A stretch of DNA of 64,000 nt from Trichoplax adhaerens (lineage: Eukaryota > Animalia > Placozoa): the NCBI RefSeq assembly GCF_000150275.1, contig NW_002060948.1:4510336-4574335 (forward strand), read 5' to 3'. A program made the position numbers and the translations under genes. This document shows, piece by piece, positions 57,181 through 64,000 of this stretch (position 1 is the stretch's first letter; each line of letters opens with the position of its first letter). The notes beneath the pieces are model-generated. The model saw only the letters and a list, made by a program, of their open reading frames with translations. It made no database searches and was not told where the DNA came from.

Positions 57181-57582
57181 AGCATTTTAAATTAGTAATT
57201 CTATCAACTGAAATGACTTACGCTAGAAATATTGGAAATACTTTTAAAGCTATCTATTCAATAATTATTGAATATTTATTAATAGCAGCAGCAGTTGTAA
57301 TTTTGAACACAGATTGGATGTGGAGAGTATAACTTAATTTAATTAACCATTCCAACTACTTCAACTAATTAATTAGCAATCAAGTTGGAATGGTTTCAAG
57401 ATTAAATTACTAATGACAGCACGAATCCTACTTTATTTCTGGCGCACATTGTCATATTTTAAATTTTGATCATAATAGTATAATTAGTAAAAGAAATGCT
57501 CATAAAATTAATGGTTTTTATAGAAGAATACATTTTGTAATTAACTTAAGTATTTATTTAAAAATTTTACCCCTTTTCCTCG

Positions 57583-57905
57583 NNNNNNNNNNNNNNNNNN
57601 NNNNNNNNNNNNNNNNNNNNNNNNNNNNNNNNNNNNNNNNNNNNNNNNNNNNNNNNNNNNNNNNNNNNNNNNNNNNNNNNNNNNNNNNNNNNNNNNNNNN
57701 NNNNNNNNNNNNNNNNNNNNNNNNNNNNNNNNNNNNNNNNNNNNNNNNNNNNNNNNNNNNNNNNNNNNNNNNNNNNNNNNNNNNNNNNNNNNNNNNNNNN
57801 NNNNNNNNNNNNNNNNNNNNNNNNNNNNNNNNNNNNNNNNNNNNNNNNNNNNNNNNNNNNNNNNNNNNNNNNNNNNNNNNNNNNNNNNNNNNNNNNNNNN
57901 NNNNN
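57583..57905. other. Assembly gap near the centre of the inverted duplication
   Basis: Run of N. Confidence 1.
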
Positions 57906-58339
57906 CTGAAGATGCACAAATGAATTATGCATTTTAATAAAGAGAATTTATTTTGATGTAATTGGTTATTACTATGTAATTCTAATCATTTTCAATAGGA
58001 TTTAAGCATTTGTAAATCTTTTAATTCACTTAATTAAATCCTTTATTTAAATAGTAAATTTTTAAATGAAATGTAAATATCCCATTAATAGCTTGGTAAT
58101 TCGCTAAGAACTTAGTAAATCAGTATTGGATCTATGTACTCCTTTTATTGTTATTATAATTACTTATTTTTAATGTTTCGCTGATGAATCACTTAAAGTA
58201 AATCTTAAAGGTTTATATAGATTACAAACGTATTAACTTAAGTGAGAGGTTATTCAGTGTAAGAGCCTAGACTATACCCCATGCTAGAGTATACAGAGTA
58301 TATTTTAGACTGGCCTAGTTTATGCTCTATGTAGTAACC

Positions 58340-61300
58340 TATAGTAGCCTAGTTTATGTTCATTTATACATTTACATTACAATTTGTTTATTCTGATGAA
58401 GAATATGAATCTAAATCTGGGTGCTGTCTGCCCCTAATCACCTGTACTCTTGGTAATCGAGGTAAGTGCATGGGATTTTATGTAGATGAATTGGCAATAC
58501 GTTTGTTTAGTGACTATCTGTCACAAACCAGCTTCGTGACAAGGATAACGTAAAACAAATCTCTAAATTACTATAGTCTCCGGGATTCAGTATCCCTACT
58601 CACAAGAATTTAGACGCCTTTGATTCTACGTTAAACTCAACTAGACAATTGAAAACTGCTTTATTCAACTATCTGACGGGCTCATATACCCTTTTACAGC
58701 AGCTAACATTCACAAGTCATCTTATAAAAATACTTGGTGAGAACATCTACTAACTAGCTTTTCACAGTCGGACTACAATATGTCCATTCACAGGATCATT
58801 TCAGTACACATTACAGCACAGCATTAAATTTACTGTAACACATTTATAATTACAGTAATTCCTATTGTAAGGAACTAGATGTAATATATTATCACTATAT
58901 TATATTAACCAAATTTAGATAGCTATTTCTTCACGTTAGTTCGTACCGTGACACTATCCGTACTAAAAGTCAGAGAAACTTAGAGAAATACATATAAATT
59001 ACAGAACTAGATTTCTATAACACTAACATGGTACACGGTTGCATAACTGTTTCTGTGACTGGATCATTCCTAAGAAATGCTAATTATAATTGTTAATATT
59101 TATTATATTATGCCTATTTAAATATCAAATAAATATTATCGTAATTTGCGTAAAGTTAATGATTGGATCGTCGATTGATTGATTAGCTATTCTATTTTAA
59201 ACCGATTTAAGTATAATAATCATTGCCAATTGAAGTATTGATATTTATGCAATTTGAGCCGTTCTTAATATAACCTTCTGATAGCGATAATGCCAATCAA
59301 ATAACAATATAAACAAAGTCATAATTCTGATGCCGTTCTATAAAGTAAACTAGACAAGCACAATATCATGCAATGGCTTCATCCAAATATTTTTTTAAGA
59401 TAAATGTAGAATAGCTCGACCGCATGAAAAATTTTTTTATTCTTTGGGTTTGTTTGATCGATTTTGAGAAATGTAAGTATTTGCATAATTTGTTAAAGTA
59501 AGCTTACGTAATACCCTATCCGAATGGATTGCGTAAATGATTATAGCCGCCAACGTAGGGGAGGGACTAAGTTAGCTTCCTATTGCGAAAATTAATTTTA
59601 TGTCAATGGAGCCTTGATTATGAATGGCCAATTTCATATTTACAATACCTTTATTACTAGGAGTATAATAATGAGTTGATTATACTACAGGCTGGCTCTC
59701 AGTATATTTGCTAATAATCAGTTTAATTTGTAGTTCTGTTATCAAAAAGACGTCGTATATCAGCCTTGCTGCTATTACTTATCAAAATCGTCTTCGGACA
59801 AGCTAAACAGTTGTTTATGTAATGATGATGTATTCGCTTTAGCGGAAGACTATTTGGCCCAGTAGTATAGAGAATATTGTAACTTGGATAATTTGAAAAT
59901 AGCCCATTATTTTATATGGGCAGCTTATGGCCTACTAGTATTGTGGGTGCTGAAGTACATTACTGTTTAAAGACCATTTGATTATAATTATATTATCATT
60001 ACAAATATAGTTATAATTTAAAACTAGCAATACAAGTATACCAATATGGCCGGCTACCAAAAATAGGATATTCTTATTATCATAATTCTTCTTCGTTTTC
60101 TATTTATTCTCGCGTACGAACGTAATGGTATATTCGTCATTGCACATAATAATACCACTTTACTGCTCTGATATTAGGTAATTAATCTAGCTAGTGCTTT
60201 TACTAAGCTATGTATAGCTACTTATTAGGTATTATTGTCCGCATTCTAATTTAGCTCTAACTAATTTCAAATTAAAATGATTATTGGTCATATTAACAAT
60301 GTATTGGCAATTCTTAAAATTAAAATTAAATTAAAGAATTTACAAACTGAAATTGGATCTTGTAGGGCTTTGCTAATGTAAAGCTCTAAATTCTGAATTT
60401 CTTTATTCATTCACGTTACTTAAATTTTATTCATAACAAAGATTTTATGAAGAACTGTATTAATTTTTAAGAACTTATCTGTAAATTTAAAATGACTATG
60501 TAAAAAATGACTTTGTCTATTCGTAGAATCGGCAAAGATCATTGCACATTATTTCCGCTAAACTAATGAGTTTTATTGTAATGTTCTTTATAAATTTTTA
60601 TACTATATTTAGATATACCAAAAATTACGGGCTATTTGTTTTTATGATGTGCTGCATAAAACTGATAATTAGCGTATATCTTGTCAGATTGGAGCTTGTG
60701 CGCTATATCAGATTCTTCCGGATAGGAAATTCCTTTGAAGAATTCACACAATCATCCTTACAAATTATCAAATAAACAGAAATTAGTATACTTTTTAACT
60801 ATTTCTATTTTCTGAAATATGCGTGGGGAAGAAACAATAGGGCATTGATACTTTTTTAAATTCCTAATGAAGAATGTTAAACAAAACAATCATTATTTTC
60901 CAGTTGTAGAACAGAATAAGTACTTGCTTCCTGCAATATACTGTATTCTCTTCTGGATATATATTCTGCAAGAAGAAGAAATGCTTATTGCATAATGATA
61001 GTAATGATTATGTGAGGTTAAATGATTTATAAATATAGAATTTGGCAGGAAACAGAATGAGTAATTTGGTTGTATTGGAACTATAGATACTGGTGGATAG
61101 AAGTTCTGCTGATGCTGATTAAATTTTAAACTAATAAAAAGACTTATTAATGAGTGCGACTAAATGCGTATCCGTTTTTGTAATTAAGAATACTATAAAA
61201 ATAGCCCCAAACTACATTACAGGTATTTCGGTAGTATGATGATTGGTTAGGTTAAATGTATTTGTATTGCTTTTAATGTTTTCAGATCGTATTTTTACTA

Positions 61301-61680
61301 ACATTTTCTATTGTTCTTAAATACAAGAAATTTTTACAATATAGTCAAATATAGCTTGTCGTGTTCAGTTATTTATAGCACTTACAGCCATCAATATTTC
61401 GTACAATCACTTGATGTAACATAGATTATTACGCTATATACTGAATATATCATATTTAATATGATATTCTTGTTTTCTGCATGTGTGTATAGTCTCCAAA
61501 ACTATAAATACAACTGAGTTCTACCTCAAATTTCGCTAGTTGTAATAGGCTCAGTGCTAATATTTCCTTTCATTACTTTAAGACAGCTTATATGCTGCTC
61601 TATAGTAGATACTATTGTACGCTGTAATTAATTATCACGAAAGTAATCTTTGTGACGTATACATTATTTCTCTTAAATTC
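58340..61680 (+). pseudogene. Right arm of the inverted duplication; decayed Cys-rich ectodomain + multi-TM protein gene
   Basis: Stop- and frameshift-riddled peptides occur in a plausible order: GFYVDELA (58473), SPGFS (58577), KIVFGQAK (about 59785), IWPSS (59852), CCIKLIISVYL and YQILP (60650-60720), EICVGKK (about 60815), NKYLLPAIYCIL (60915), LYWNYRYWWIEVLLMLIK (about 61070), VQLFIALTAINI (about 61365). The family assignment is from memory of cnidarian ephrin-receptor-like/Cys-rich + TM proteins, not from a search. Confidence 0.55.
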
Positions 61681-64000
61681 TATGCATGTTTATATGCATG
61701 CAATGCTTATGGTTTCCTTAATTGTAACTTCAGTAATCAACAGCGGATGTATCAGCAATCCTTAATTTAAAATTAGATAGACTAAAATAGTAATTTTCAA
61801 TTAGTTTAGCTAGATTGTGTCTATCACCTTGAAGGATGCTAAGGTTTAAAATACAATTTCTAATTTTAGATAAAATACGTAAGTAGTTTAGCCAAATAAA
61901 TATTTGTTAAACTATTAATAGGAATTGCTTACCATAATACTGATACAGTAAATTTATTAGGATTGGACTATGTTTAATTCGTTCAGATGGAGGCTCGTAA
62001 GAGTATGAATTTGGTTAATGTCTAATAGACGAGGTGATTCGTGTAGTTAAACCGGTTTTAGGCACCGAAGCCTAAATAAGCAGCGGCTTCGCCGATAATA
62101 TATTTAAATGGGATGTGATTTTCTAAAATGTTTGGAGATTTCTCTGGGCTGAATCCTATTGATTACTATTTAGAAATACCAACTGATTGGCATTCCAAGT
62201 TACAGTAGCGTAGGTTAGAAAACACTCTCAAACTGTGTTGGAAGTTAGGGCTATTCCTAGCTAGCAACATTTATCTACCGTAAGTATCCAATTTTACTAA
62301 AACTCCTGGTGTAAAATTTTGTGAATGGTAACCAAGTTCACAACCGCTGACTCATTGAACCCAGTATCACAGCATTGTTGGCGTTAATAAACTTGAAGAT
62401 AATGAAAATATTTATTATGGTATATGTGTATGTTGACGCTATTTCTGTAATTTCTACATATTTCTATCATTTTCAGATAACCCTCATGATTATGATTCTT
62501 AGCTCATTATAGCAGTAAAAGCTATAAGTAGTATTACAGAAAGGTAATCGGTAGAATTTCGTAGTAAAAATCTTGAAAGAGATATCCTCACGGGAATTGA
62601 AATAGCAAATTTGTGATGCTGTAGATTCCATATTTATTGCAGTTATTTGACTGAAGACTTCATCATAAGTCTGAATATAAATCCATTAATACTACAGAAA
62701 TGCTGCTTTTCAATGGAGATAGTATTTTAATGACAGGATAAACTATAGATAAGCAAAGGAAAAGACGCAATTTATAGTGACAATTTTCATAACTAGCCTT
62801 ATCATATACTCGACTAAAGCTTTTGAAACAGTAACTTTGCAGATTCTATTTAGATATTAATTTTGAATTGATATCTTATTATGAAAGTTTAGTAATACCA
62901 ATCCCAGAAGCGGTGCATATTTAGTATAAGTGATATCAATTAGATGAGGAGAATTGTATATTTATTGGATTAAAGATTTCAGAAGAATACAGGTATCGTT
63001 CATACTCCTATCTGACCATATTTTATGATTTAAGATTTATAATTGCATGCATTTCATTAAATTAAAGCTATAATCGATTTTAAAGTAATAAATTACTTGG
63101 CTGTGTCAGTAAATTAGCTCAACAGATGCGGTATTCTTATAAGTTCTCCATTAAATACCAGTACTTCATTAACGTGTTATAAAATAAGGTAGTTTTATTT
63201 CTCAAGTTCCCAAACGAGCTCTAATGAATTTTCTAAGCAGTTAACTCAGTTATTAACTGATTAACAAATTGAGTAAGTAATTAAATGATTAATTTCTGTT
63301 ATCAAGTCACTTATAACATACTGCTCTACGGATTGCGTACCGATTAGTTAAGCCACTTGATCCAACACGAAACAGCATCACTGGCTACGCTGACTACAGC
63401 ATAGCTAAAGCCTCTCGGTAGCAACAGAACCGTACAATCCTAACATTGCTACATTACGTCAAATATATAATTGTAACAATCTGTGATATGGAAATACTAG
63501 CAGTATGCCATATTTTAGACTTGATTAGTGTATTGAAAGCTACCAACTATTCTGTCCAATCTAAGAAGGTCTAATTTTATAAGATATATAATCTAAGTAA
63601 AGTAACCAATATTGCCTTAGATTGCCTTATTTTATCTTCAAAAATCATAAACCTAATCCGGAACGCATCAAAAAGTCCGCATAGCAGCATCCTCCTTTCA
63701 TTGTAAATTTTCATAATTAGCAATCTTAGGAGGATTTGATATGCGAGTACATATTGAATCGCTTTTAATTTAAAAGTAATTAAAACTTCTATAGTCAACA
63801 GAACCAGTTATTGTCGGTATAAATTTTCAACAGGCTAGTGTGACTCAAAGATTTATTAATTTTATCCTTGCAGTGATGCCAAATTGTAATTGGCGAAGTT
63901 TTATTAGCAGAGACTCGTTCACATTGAAATTACTTAAGTATAAAGTGCTAATATTGTTTCACCTAAAATTGATTTAAAAATACGTAGAGGTCACGAGATT

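Noticed and set aside
57554-57932. 121-aa ORFs
   Set aside because: Artefacts of the N gap.
56280-58830. 'Mirror DNA' idea: the un-reversed complement of these CTA/TAC-rich tracts shows CAG|GTAAGT and coding-like words
   Set aside because: All mirror frames contain stops and the donor-like word is not conserved in the other arm. The normal + strand already explains the right arm as a decayed gene (GFYVDELA etc.).
55760-59340. Foldback transposon with long terminal inverted repeats
   Set aside because: Homology continues outward to about 53.8/61.7 kb through gene-like relics. The arms are highly diverged and no discrete ends or TSD were seen.

Overview
This is AT-rich, intron-dense animal genomic DNA. 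The short GT-AG introns and orphan GPCRs would fit a basal metazoan such as a placozoan, but that is inference only. In order, the window holds: a multi-exon oxysterol-binding protein (ORD) gene (+, about 0.8-3.8 kb); a convergent 16-exon enolase (-, 8.8-5.5 kb) with TATA/Inr promoter, HRE-like motifs and an upstream CAGTA/TACTG palindromic repeat field; two divergent, atypical rhodopsin-class GPCRs (17.5-18.5 kb -, 30.9-32.9 kb +); an intronless somatomedin-B/Cys-rich family-B (Methuselah/adhesion-like) GPCR (36.5-38.7 kb) followed by a tandem pseudogene copy that keeps its upstream motifs; and a large minus-strand astacin metalloprotease (53.2-45.0 kb) with the unusual architecture long prodomain-astacin-TSP1-TSP1-CUB-TSP1-CUB-EGF-CUB-CUB-CUB-CAP/SCP. 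A decayed head-to-head inverted duplication (53.8-61.7 kb) is not evident from the ORF track; it appears to be two dead copies of a Cys-rich multi-pass membrane protein gene. There are two assembly gaps. Exon boundaries and alignments were read by eye.
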